Below are positions 6,550 to 14,162 of a stretch of 14,162 bases of DNA, piece by piece. The notes under the pieces were generated by a model. The model saw only the letters and a program-made list of their open reading frames with translations, did not search any database and was not told the DNA's origin. The position numbers and the translations under genes were made by a program. The stretch lies in NCBI GenBank assembly GCA_005191425.1, contig SUPR01000090.1:1-14162 (forward strand), written 5' to 3'. The stretch is from Candidatus Helarchaeota ASGARD archaeon Hel_GB_B. Lineage in GTDB: Archaea; Asgardarchaeota; Lokiarchaeia; Helarchaeales; HEL-GB-B. Position 1 is the stretch's first letter. Each line of letters opens with the position of its first letter.

Positions 6550-8598
6550 ATGAGTTCTGAGGAAATTTCAAGATTACCTTATTTAGATGAGGATTTAGAA
6601 TTAGAAAAACGAGTTGATGATTTATTAGGAAGAATGACTTTAGAAGAGAAAATTAAGGTTCTAGCGGGAAAAATGTTCTTTTTTACCAAGACCATTAAAA
6701 GGTTGGGTTTGAAATCATTTAAGATGACGGATGGTCCTCATGGAGTGGGAGCGTTAGGGACTTATTTTAAGAAAAAAACTACATATTTTCCTGTTGCAAT
6801 TTGTCGTGCTTCGACATGGAATTTAGAACTATCGGAGCAATTTGGACAAGCTTTAGCAGAAGAAGTTAGAGCAGTTGGTAGGCATATGATTTTAGGTCCG
6901 GCAATAAATATCCATAGGACACCATTATGTGGAAGAACTTTCGAATATCAGACCGAAGACCCATATCTTAACTCAGAACTGGCTGTTGCAGTAGTAAAGG
7001 GAGTCCAGAGTAAAAGAATTGCTGCATGTATTAAACATTATGTTGGAAATAACCAAGAAAAGTGGAGGTTCAATGTCTCATCTGAGATTGATGAACGGAC
7101 GCTACGAGAAATATATCTACCAGCATTTGAAGCTTCTGTTAAAAATGCAGATGTTTGGTCAGTAATGGCATGTTATAATAAAGTAAATGGTGTTCATGGC
7201 TGCGAAAATAAAGATATTTTGATGGAAAAATTGATAAACGATTTTGGATTTCAAGGATTTATTGTATCTGATTGGTTTGCTACTAAGTTCACTACGACTG
7301 AAGGATGTATGAAGGCTGGTTTGTCCTTAGAAATGCCATATCGTAATGTTTATAAAAAGGCAAAAATTCTTGAAGCATTAAAATCGAGCCAGATTACGGA
7401 AGAAATTCTAAATGATAGAGTTCGAAGATTACTACGAGTAATGTTCCTTGTTGGAATGTTCGATAATAAAGAGAAAATTCCAGAAGGTAGTCTAGGCACT
7501 CCAGAACATATCCAAATAGCAAAAAAAATCGCTGAAGAAGGTATTGTACTTTTAAAAAATGAAAATAATATATTGCCCTTAGATATTTCGCAAATCAAAA
7601 AGATAGCAGTTCTAGGACCTAATGCCAATAAAAAATTTGCCTTTAGCGGAGGAAGTTCAATGATCAGGTCTATATATGAAGTTACTCCATTAGCAGGTTT
7701 GAAAAATAAGTGTAAAAATAAAATAGAATTCGTTAATTTACCGTCCGAAGCTGATGTTGCTATTGTATTTGCAGGCTTAAACCACAGTAAAAATATGGAC
7801 ACGGAAAATAGCGACAGATTAACACTGGATTTATCCAGTTCCCAAATTGATCTTATTAAAAATACAGTTAAAAATAACTCAAATACAATAGTTGTCCTCC
7901 TCAATGGAAGCCCAATAGCGATGAGCGACTGGATTAAAGATGTACCAGCTGTTATTGAGGCTTGGTATCCTGGACTTGAAGGTGGAAATGTAATTGCAGA
8001 TATATTATTTGGTGATGTAAACCCTTCAGGTAAGCTCCCAATTACTTTTCCTAAGAAATTAGAGGATTCACCAGCCCATAAATCTGAACGGACGTATCCC
8101 GGGATTAAAGAAAGTATAAATAATTCAAAACCCCTGAAAAAAGTATTTTACGATGAAGGGATTTTTGTAGGTTATCGTCATTTTGATAAAAATAATATTG
8201 AACCATTATTTCCTTTTGGTTATGGGCTTTCATATACTACATTCAAATACGAAAATTTAAAAATAAAAAAAGCCGAGATCTCGAAAAATGATAAAATAGA
8301 AATTTCTGTAGATATAACAAATACGGGCAATAGGAAAGGGGCTGAAATAATGCAGATATATATTAATGATTGTGAATGTAGTGCAGAGAGACCACCAAAA
8401 GAATTAAAAGCCTTTAAAAAAGTTTTTCTTGAACCTGGTGAAAAGCAGACCATAAATTTTGAACTAGATCCAAATATTCTATCATTTTTCGACCCAAAAA
8501 GCAATAAATGGATAATTGAAAGCGGTAAATTTAAGGTTCTAGTTGCTAGCTCTTCAAGAGATATTAAATTAGAAGGAGAAATAGATTATATAGAATAA
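6550..8598 (+). CDS. Glycoside hydrolase family 3 beta-glucosidase/beta-xylosidase (BglX-like), cytoplasmic, with C-terminal Fn3-like domain
   Basis: LTLEEK-like N-terminus (MTLEEK), TDGPHG, LGPAINIHRTPLCGRTFE, KHY, and VSDW containing the catalytic nucleophile Asp. Also LLKN, AWYPG, PSGKLPITFP, YDEGIFVGYR, PFGYGLSYT and the Fn3-like G-E--Q-Y...PPKELKAF. No signal peptide is evident. Confidence 0.96.
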   Translation: MSSEEISRLPYLDEDLELEKRVDDLLGRMTLEEKIKVLAGKMFFFTKTIKRLGLKSFKMTDGPHGVGALGTYFKKKTTYFPVAICRASTWNLELSEQFGQALAEEVRAVGRHMILGPAINIHRTPLCGRTFEYQTEDPYLNSELAVAVVKGVQSKRIAACIKHYVGNNQEKWRFNVSSEIDERTLREIYLPAFEASVKNADVWSVMACYNKVNGVHGCENKDILMEKLINDFGFQGFIVSDWFATKFTTTEGCMKAGLSLEMPYRNVYKKAKILEALKSSQITEEILNDRVRRLLRVMFLVGMFDNKEKIPEGSLGTPEHIQIAKKIAEEGIVLLKNENNILPLDISQIKKIAVLGPNANKKFAFSGGSSMIRSIYEVTPLAGLKNKCKNKIEFVNLPSEADVAIVFAGLNHSKNMDTENSDRLTLDLSSSQIDLIKNTVKNNSNTIVVLLNGSPIAMSDWIKDVPAVIEAWYPGLEGGNVIADILFGDVNPSGKLPITFPKKLEDSPAHKSERTYPGIKESINNSKPLKKVFYDEGIFVGYRHFDKNNIEPLFPFGYGLSYTTFKYENLKIKKAEISKNDKIEISVDITNTGNRKGAEIMQIYINDCECSAERPPKELKAFKKVFLEPGEKQTINFELDPNILSFFDPKSNKWIIESGKFKVLVASSSRDIKLEGEIDYIE

Positions 8599-8599
8599 A

Positions 8600-8636
8600 T
8601 TTTCTTGCATTTCCCAATTTTTTTTTAATTATTTTG
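8600..8636 (+). terminator. Oligo-T archaeal terminator after the GH3 gene
   Basis: T9 tract at 8618-8626 within a T-rich stretch directly after the stop codon. Confidence 0.5.
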
Positions 8637-8854
8637 GAAATAAGAATATCTAGACAATCTTACTTTTTTAAATAATTAAGAGATATTTGTTATATAAATT
8701 ATTAATGAAAAGTAAAACAATTGTCGATCTTAAAATTCAATAAAAGAAAGATAAAAGAATTTAAATAAAATTTGAGGAAATAATTTTAACATTATTAAAT
8801 AACAGATTACATTTTTTAGAAACTATTATATTCAAGATGAGTATTAAAGATAAT

Positions 8855-8870
8855 GAAATTTTATATAAAA
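8855..8870 (+). promoter_or_regulatory. Putative BRE/TATA promoter (GAAATT-TTATATAAAA) of the flavoprotein-ferredoxin operon
   Basis: The TATA-like box at 8861-8868 ends about 29 bp before ATG 8897, and no SD is seen, consistent with a short-leader or leaderless archaeal mRNA. Confidence 0.5.
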
Positions 8871-8896
8871 AACAAAATTGAGTTGTTGCATTTAAA

Positions 8897-10300
8897 ATGA
8901 CAGAATATGACGTGATAATAGTCGGCGCAGGCCCTGGTGGGTCAGTTTCTGCGAAGTTTTGTGCAGAAGCTGGGTTAAAGACTGTCTTTTTTGAGAGAGG
9001 ACGCAAACCTGGAGAGAAGAATGCATCTGGCTGCGGACTTGGCCCAAGAATGTGGCGAGAGTTTCCTGAAATGATGAAAAGACTCACGCCAGATGTCGCT
9101 CCAAATTTGAGAATGGCATCTTGTGTTATTAATCATTATTTAAACAAAGAAATGGAAGAAATTGCGGTTGAAATGTATTATCCAACTGCCTCAGTTACAT
9201 ATGAACCCGCTAAGAAGTTTATTACTATGAATTGTTATCGTAGCGAATTTGATCCTTGGATATCTAGCTTGGCTGTAGAAGCTGGGGCTGAATTGAGGAC
9301 GTCCACATTAATCAAAGATTTAATAAAAGATGATAAAGGAAAAACTATTGGCGTTCAAACAGACACTGGAGAAAAAATTTTTGGAAAAATTATCATTGGG
9401 GCTGATGGTGTCATTTCAACCGTTGCAATTAGGTCCGGTCTAAATCCTAGATGGCGACCTGACCAAATAACATTAGTCCCACAATATGATTTTTCAGCAC
9501 CACCAGATATTATTGATAAAATGTTTGGCTCCGATGGACTGTTTAGAGATGCAGCAGATGGTACCTGGTGGGGAGTTACATTTCCATCAGCATACCAAGT
9601 AATTTTTGGGGACGGATTTCATATTGGACTTGGGGCTTGGATGGGGCAATGGACTTCAAATCCAATTAACTTTTTAAATAAGCTAATAAGTTCACGACCA
9701 TTCCAAAGAATGGTTAAGGCGCTAAATGCGAAACCCCGTGAAATTCAAACCCATTTGTTGCCATGGACTCAAGAACCTATTAAAACATATACGGATAATG
9801 TTATGCTTGTAGGAGATGCGGGAGGTTTTCCCTGTCCTTTAGAAGCAGAGGGAGTATTTCCTGCAATGGAAACTGGGAAATTGGCTGCTGAAACTGCAAT
9901 TAAATGTATTGCGGATGGAGATACATCAAAACAAGGATTAAAATTATATGAAGAAAAATGGAGGAAATCATCAACAGGAATTGAATTTTCGACTGGAGGA
10001 GAAACCCTACAAAGACTGTGGAAAAACTTATTTTTTAGCGTCCAATCTGAGAAAAATAATATGGAATGGTTTATCCCATTATACCACGAAATTCGAGGGG
10101 GACACTTTGATTGGAGTGAACCGCATATAATTAGAATGAGACAAATATTAGAAACAGTTAGGTCATATATCCCTCAAGCAATGCCCTTCTTTCAAAAATA
10201 TGTAATACCATTAATTTCAGATGTTATTGAAGAAGACCTTAATTTATTACCCCTATTTATTAAATTAACTGAGGGATTGCGCCCAAAAAAGAAGAAATGA
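8897..10300 (+). CDS. FixC-like / geranylgeranyl-reductase-family FAD-dependent oxidoreductase
   Basis: GAGPGG FAD motif, FERGRKPGEKNASG (FixC-type ERG..PG.KN), RSEFDPW (RxxFD), IIGADG and LVGDAGG...EG. It is immediately followed by a FixX-like ferredoxin. Confidence 0.9.
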   Translation: MTEYDVIIVGAGPGGSVSAKFCAEAGLKTVFFERGRKPGEKNASGCGLGPRMWREFPEMMKRLTPDVAPNLRMASCVINHYLNKEMEEIAVEMYYPTASVTYEPAKKFITMNCYRSEFDPWISSLAVEAGAELRTSTLIKDLIKDDKGKTIGVQTDTGEKIFGKIIIGADGVISTVAIRSGLNPRWRPDQITLVPQYDFSAPPDIIDKMFGSDGLFRDAADGTWWGVTFPSAYQVIFGDGFHIGLGAWMGQWTSNPINFLNKLISSRPFQRMVKALNAKPREIQTHLLPWTQEPIKTYTDNVMLVGDAGGFPCPLEAEGVFPAMETGKLAAETAIKCIADGDTSKQGLKLYEEKWRKSSTGIEFSTGGETLQRLWKNLFFSVQSEKNNMEWFIPLYHEIRGGHFDWSEPHIIRMRQILETVRSYIPQAMPFFQKYVIPLISDVIEEDLNLLPLFIKLTEGLRPKKKK

Positions 10301-10305
10301 GGTGA
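10299..10305 (+). promoter_or_regulatory. Shine-Dalgarno GAGGTGA overlapping the upstream stop codon (translational coupling)
   Basis: The TGA stop at 10298-10300 overlaps GAGGTGA, 5 nt before the ferredoxin ATG at 10311. Confidence 0.75.
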
Positions 10306-10310
10306 ATTGA

Positions 10311-10580
10311 ATGGACATCCAACTTGAAAAAATTAGTGAACATGTCGGCGATACTGGAGATTTTATTAAAGTTGATTCTGAAAAATGCAATGGGTGTGGT
10401 CAATGTGCCCTTGTATGCGTTGCAAATTTATGGTTAATTAGAAAAGGTAAGGCAATTCTAAAAGATGATTATACTAAAAAATGTCTCGAATGCGCTGCTT
10501 GCTATAGCGTCTGCGATATCGGTGCAATTGAATTCTCATATCCACGCGGGGGAACTGGAGTCGTTTATTTAAAAGGCTGA
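10311..10580 (+). CDS. FixX-like 2x[4Fe-4S] ferredoxin
   Basis: Two CxxCxxCxxxC motifs (CNGCGQCALVC, CLECAACYSVC) and a FixX-type C-terminus FSYPRGGTGVVYLKG. Confidence 0.92.
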   Translation: MDIQLEKISEHVGDTGDFIKVDSEKCNGCGQCALVCVANLWLIRKGKAILKDDYTKKCLECAACYSVCDIGAIEFSYPRGGTGVVYLKG

Positions 10581-10603
10581 CCGTGATAATTCTAATCATT
10601 TAC

Positions 10604-10619
10604 TTATTTTTTTTATTTT
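10604..10619 (+). terminator. Oligo-T terminator after the ferredoxin gene
   Basis: TTATTTTTTTTATTTT about 25 bp after the stop codon. Confidence 0.5.
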
Positions 10620-10839
10620 ACTTAAAAGAACGCTTTCTATTTTATCGAAATTTGATTATAACGCTGTTTTTAATATACTTTTTAAAATAATATTTTATTT
10701 TACACATAATTTAACTTCAAATTTGAATTCATTTATTGAAAAAAATTTAAAAATTTCAAATATAATGTGCTATTACAAATTAAGAATTTAATACATTTTG
10801 AGCTATAACAAAAATTTATGACCAAAAATTAAGTAAAAG

Positions 10840-11343
10840 ATGATTAGAATGGGTTTTAAAGAAACTTATGAAGCAATTAAAAAAGATCCAAAGAATGGTG
10901 AGAAGAATTTTAATGTGATCATTGAATCACAAGAAGATGGAAGTTTCAAGGCAACTATGGGTGCAAAACCTTTTGAAATTATTATTGATGCCCCAGAAAA
11001 CCTTGGTGGTAAGAATTTAGGTCCAAGTCCTCTTTTTATAATCTTGACGGCGGTTGGAGGATGTACAGCTGCAGTAATTAAATTCTGGTCCATGATTATG
11101 GACGTTAAAATTGACCACATAAAAATATTTTCAAGAGGACACATCAACCTTGGTGGAATTTTTGGAACAGACGACAGCTTGAAACCTTATTATGACAACC
11201 TCAGGCCAGTAATTCAAATCAAATCTTCTGAACCTAAAGAAAAAATTGATGAACTAATGAAAAATGTATGGGAGCATACACCAATTATTGGTAATTTCAT
11301 TAATAAATCAGATTTAGTATGGAAATATACGGTAAAACCGTAA
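10840..11343 (+). CDS. OsmC/Ohr family protein with a single cysteine
   Basis: IIIDAPENLGGKNLGPSP followed by a helix ending in GGC matches the OsmC pattern (DEP..GG...GP.P...C). GHINLGGIFG is typical of the OsmC-like subgroup. The alternative start is ATG 10849. Confidence 0.88.
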   Translation: MIRMGFKETYEAIKKDPKNGEKNFNVIIESQEDGSFKATMGAKPFEIIIDAPENLGGKNLGPSPLFIILTAVGGCTAAVIKFWSMIMDVKIDHIKIFSRGHINLGGIFGTDDSLKPYYDNLRPVIQIKSSEPKEKIDELMKNVWEHTPIIGNFINKSDLVWKYTVKP

Positions 11344-11380
11344 ATTTTTTTTTATTTTTCTATTTAATTTCTTTTTTTTA
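11344..11380 (+). terminator. Oligo-T terminator after the OsmC-family gene
   Basis: Multiple T tracts, including a T9 and a T8, immediately after the TAA stop. Confidence 0.55.
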
Positions 11381-11452
11381 ATACTTAACCCTGATAAAAA
11401 TAAGAAAATTCAATAAAAAGTTGGGGCTATTTTTCTGTGAAGATAAAATATT

Positions 11453-12325
11453 TTATTTTTTAGAAGATTTTACCATATATTCTGCTTTAATTAATTTCCG
11501 ACATTTACTATTTGGGCAAAAAGTAGAAAGTCCAGCTTTTAATAATTTAATGGTATTTTCTGACAATTTAGTGAAACAGAATGGGCAGTTGTCCCAAAAC
11601 TCTACTTCCTCTTCGTCTTTTTTAGCTCCTTCGTAAGTGAATGAAGATACTATCTCCTCAATTTCAGAGATCAAAGATTCTCCATAGGACTCGGGTGACT
11701 CTTCAGGCATTTCAGATGTGGTGGAAATAGATGGTGGTTCATGCATTTCGAAGTCAATATTTACTTTAGTTGTGATCTTTTTCTTATAAGGTAATTCAGG
11801 TATAATATATTCTTCCGCTTCTTCTGGTTTCTCAGGTGCAACTTCTGGCTTTTCTGGGACTGTGGGTTGTTTTTGTTCCGCAACTTCTTTAGGTGCTTCT
11901 TTTTCTTCTTTTTCCATTATCAGTGATTTAGTGTAAGTAAATAATTTTACTTCTTTAAAAAATTCAGGGGTCTTCACTAATCGATATAAAAGAGATTTAA
12001 AAATATCAGCATCCTTTTTAATAGCTTCATAAAATTTATCCGGCCACACGCCTTGAATTTTCATCTTTTTTGCTTTTGAAAATAATATCCCACATTCGAT
12101 AGATTCTGCTTTTCCATAGATAAACATTAAAGGAGTCTCAACTTTTTTATCAGTAATGATTTTATTAATTTCTTTTCCTATAGAATAATTGTCTTTTTCA
12201 AGGATGAGCATATCAAGCTTGGTAAAATAATCATTTTTTAATTCTAAAGGTTTAATTTCTTCAATATCATGAACTTCTATCAGATTTTTCGTGGCATCAA
12301 ATCCTTCAATATTTAATTTGAACAT
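11453..12325 (-). CDS. Hypothetical protein (~290 aa): unknown N-terminal domain, Pro/Glu-rich disordered linker, C-terminal zinc ribbon
   Basis: C-terminal CPFC-x19-CPNSKC and a low-complexity linker with PEKPEVA/PEKPEEA. I place the start at ATG 12325 because GGAGG (12334-12338, minus strand) lies 8 nt upstream; the ORF track's TTG start at 12340 overlaps this SD. Confidence 0.85.
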   Translation of the reverse strand: MFKLNIEGFDATKNLIEVHDIEEIKPLELKNDYFTKLDMLILEKDNYSIGKEINKIITDKKVETPLMFIYGKAESIECGILFSKAKKMKIQGVWPDKFYEAIKKDADIFKSLLYRLVKTPEFFKEVKLFTYTKSLIMEKEEKEAPKEVAEQKQPTVPEKPEVAPEKPEEAEEYIIPELPYKKKITTKVNIDFEMHEPPSISTTSEMPEESPESYGESLISEIEEIVSSFTYEGAKKDEEEVEFWDNCPFCFTKLSENTIKLLKAGLSTFCPNSKCRKLIKAEYMVKSSKK

Positions 12326-12786
12326 TTCCAATGCCTCCAATAAGTAGAAACTTTAAGATTTTATTCGTTTAATTAATAAGTATTAAATGAGTTATAAATT
12401 TATTGAATATTAAATCAAAATTCAAATAACTCTATTATTATATCTTTATTAAATTGATATATTATACCAATTTTAGATTTTAATTAAAATGGCCAAGGTT
12501 TCTAATATTTTAAATAAAAATAAACAACCAAATCAAATTCGATTTTAATTGGAGAATATATATACAAAATTAAGAGTTATCAGAAAAAACATCTATTAAA
12601 ATTTATTTAATTAATAGCCAAATTTTGTGATTCTGCTATTATTTATTCGGTCTTAAAAATTTCTTAAAAAGTCTTATATTATTCAATAAAATATTATTAT
12701 TAATATGATGGATAGAAAATTATTTTTTAATATATATAATCCACAATTTTTTATTATAACCGAGATACGCTAAAATTTCAATAAAG

Positions 12787-12803
12787 AATCTATTTTATAG
12801 ATT
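12787..12803. promoter_or_regulatory. Inverted repeat AATCTAT-TTT-ATAGATT, candidate operator upstream of the GH63-like gene
   Basis: Perfect 7-bp arms with a 3-nt spacer, 40 bp upstream of ATG 12843. Confidence 0.4.
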
Positions 12804-12842
12804 TTTAATTAAATATTACAAATTACAAAAAATTATAATGGA

Positions 12843-14117
12843 ATGAAAATGAAGCCAAATGAATATGATCTAATAATAAATGAAGCAAGGGAAGTTTTAA
12901 CAGATAGGATCGTGAAAAGTGAGAATACAGGGAGGTTTTTATATACTTGCCCTAGTCCTAATATTTATCCCCACCAATGGCTATGGGATTCTGCATTTCA
13001 TTCAATAGTTTGGACTTATTTTGATATAGAAAATGCCAAACAAGAATTGATTACTGTGGTAAAAAAGCAATTTAATAATGGCATGATACCGCATATGAGT
13101 TACTGGCGGAGGAGTCCATCGTTTATTGGAAGAGTCACGGATTGGATCTTTAAGAATTACCCTGAAAAAGACCGCTCTTCTATTACCCAACCACCAGTAA
13201 TTGGAGAAGCAGTCGAAATTGTCTATGAGAAATCAAATGATGCAAAGTGGCTATCTAAAATGATCGGGCCATTAATTAAATACTTTAATTGGTTTTATTC
13301 AGAACGAAATATTGATGATGATGGACTGGTGGTAGTTATTCACCCATGGGAAACAGGCATGGACATGCTACCATGTTGGGATCAATTTATTGGCGTAAAG
13401 AAACTGTTTCAAGTTAGGTCAGGTCTATGGTTAAATAGATTAATAAAAAGGTATAATAGAGTAAATTGGAATATTAAAAAAATCATAGATATGGACTTAT
13501 TTGTTGTTAAAGATGTTTCATTTAATGTCATTTATATCCTTGGCTTGCAGGCTTTAACAAGGTTATGCGAGAAAATAGGAGACAATGAAAACGCCCAAAT
13601 ATTCCTAACCCGTTCACAACAAGCTTTAAAATCATTGGAAGATAAAAGCTGGAACTCAAGTGCAAAATTTTATTTTGATTTGTATTCTAGATCTGACGAC
13701 CAAATAAATGAATTAACAGTATCGGGATTGTTTCCCATTTTATTGTACATTGATAAAAAAAGAGCTAAATTAATCATTGAAAAACATATTTTAAATAAAG
13801 ATGAATTTTGGACCAACTATCCAATACCTTCAGTTTCAGTTTCCTCTCCAAAATTCAGTCCAAAAAGTAGTTTCCTTCTATGGCGTGGGCCTACTTGGTT
13901 AAATACAAATTGGTACTTAATAAAAGGACTTTTAAAACAAGGATATAAACAAGAAGGAAATGAATTAATAAAAAAATCAATTGCTTTAATAAATAAATCG
14001 GGTCTATGGGAATATTACAACCCAATTACCGGAAAAGGTTTGGGCGCAAAAAATCTGGGCTGGTCTACATTAATTGTTGATATCATTCAAAAATATTTAG
14101 TGAAAAAAATTGAATAA
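12843..14117 (+). CDS. GH63-like (alpha/alpha)6-barrel glycoside hydrolase (MGH1-like; mannosyl/glucosylglycerate hydrolase or amylo-alpha-1,6-glucosidase/trehalase-like family)
   Basis: YPHQWLWDSAFH, TQPP, HPWETGMD, WRGPTWLNTNW and WEYYNPITG...GWS motifs characteristic of GH63/MGH1-type enzymes. No signal peptide. Confidence 0.9.
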   Translation: MKMKPNEYDLIINEAREVLTDRIVKSENTGRFLYTCPSPNIYPHQWLWDSAFHSIVWTYFDIENAKQELITVVKKQFNNGMIPHMSYWRRSPSFIGRVTDWIFKNYPEKDRSSITQPPVIGEAVEIVYEKSNDAKWLSKMIGPLIKYFNWFYSERNIDDDGLVVVIHPWETGMDMLPCWDQFIGVKKLFQVRSGLWLNRLIKRYNRVNWNIKKIIDMDLFVVKDVSFNVIYILGLQALTRLCEKIGDNENAQIFLTRSQQALKSLEDKSWNSSAKFYFDLYSRSDDQINELTVSGLFPILLYIDKKRAKLIIEKHILNKDEFWTNYPIPSVSVSSPKFSPKSSFLLWRGPTWLNTNWYLIKGLLKQGYKQEGNELIKKSIALINKSGLWEYYNPITGKGLGAKNLGWSTLIVDIIQKYLVKKIE

Positions 14118-14162
14118 TCTGCTTAATTATCTGCTCCTTGACTACGTCTATATCTCTTATGA

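Noticed and set aside
7350-8504. Minus-strand ORFs of 184 aa and 94 aa
   Set aside because: Antisense to the GH3 gene, with no recognisable motifs.
8761-10130. 108-aa minus ORF (8761-9087) and 60-aa plus ORF (9948-10130)
   Set aside because: Overlap the FixC-like gene on the opposite strand or in another frame, with no independent support.
10298-10311. Readthrough fusion of the FixC-like gene and the ferredoxin at TGA
   Set aside because: The ferredoxin ATG is in a different frame and has its own SD; readthrough would hit another TGA within nine codons.
10716-10727. 12-bp perfect palindrome TTCAAATTTGAA upstream of the OsmC gene
   Set aside because: Short, AT-rich and single; expected by chance in this base composition.
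12100-12250. Gelsolin-like domain in the N-terminus of the zinc-ribbon protein (DMLILE...MFIYGK)
   Set aside because: The resemblance needs a ~20-residue insertion and lacks the conserved Trp; too weak without structural evidence.
10866-13190. Short ORFs 10866-11147 (-), 11421-11636 (+) and 13002-13190 (-)
   Set aside because: All are antisense overlaps of better-supported genes.
1-14162. tRNA, rRNA, riboswitch (including cobalamin), transposase or integrase
   Set aside because: No GC-rich structured non-coding segment is visible; all intergenic regions are extremely AT-rich and no ORF has mobile-element motifs.

Overview
AT-rich archaeal genomic window. The signs are GAGGTGA/GGAGG Shine-Dalgarno motifs, BRE/TATA-like promoters, oligo-T terminators and long AT-rich intergenic gaps. 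By inference from gene content and style it resembles an Asgard/Lokiarchaeia-like anaerobe; this is not provable from the window. Most of the window is metabolic genes in mixed orientation: a stand-alone corrinoid protein, a small HesB-like Cys protein, a divergent geranylgeranyl-reductase-family flavoprotein, a Spinster-like MFS transporter, a GH3 beta-glucosidase, a FixC-like flavoprotein with a FixX-like ferredoxin, a one-cysteine OsmC-family protein, a C-terminal zinc-ribbon protein with a Pro/Glu linker, and a GH63-like glycoside hydrolase. The left ~1.3 kb looks different and is the most interesting part. It holds an ORF missing from the supplied track (minus strand, 817 to the window edge) whose C-terminal part looks like a C39/papain-like cysteine peptidase, a 74-aa orphan ORF, and an iteron-like degenerate tandem repeat array upstream of both. 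I found no rRNA, tRNA, CRISPR array, transposase or integrase. All family assignments come from motif recognition by eye, not database searches.
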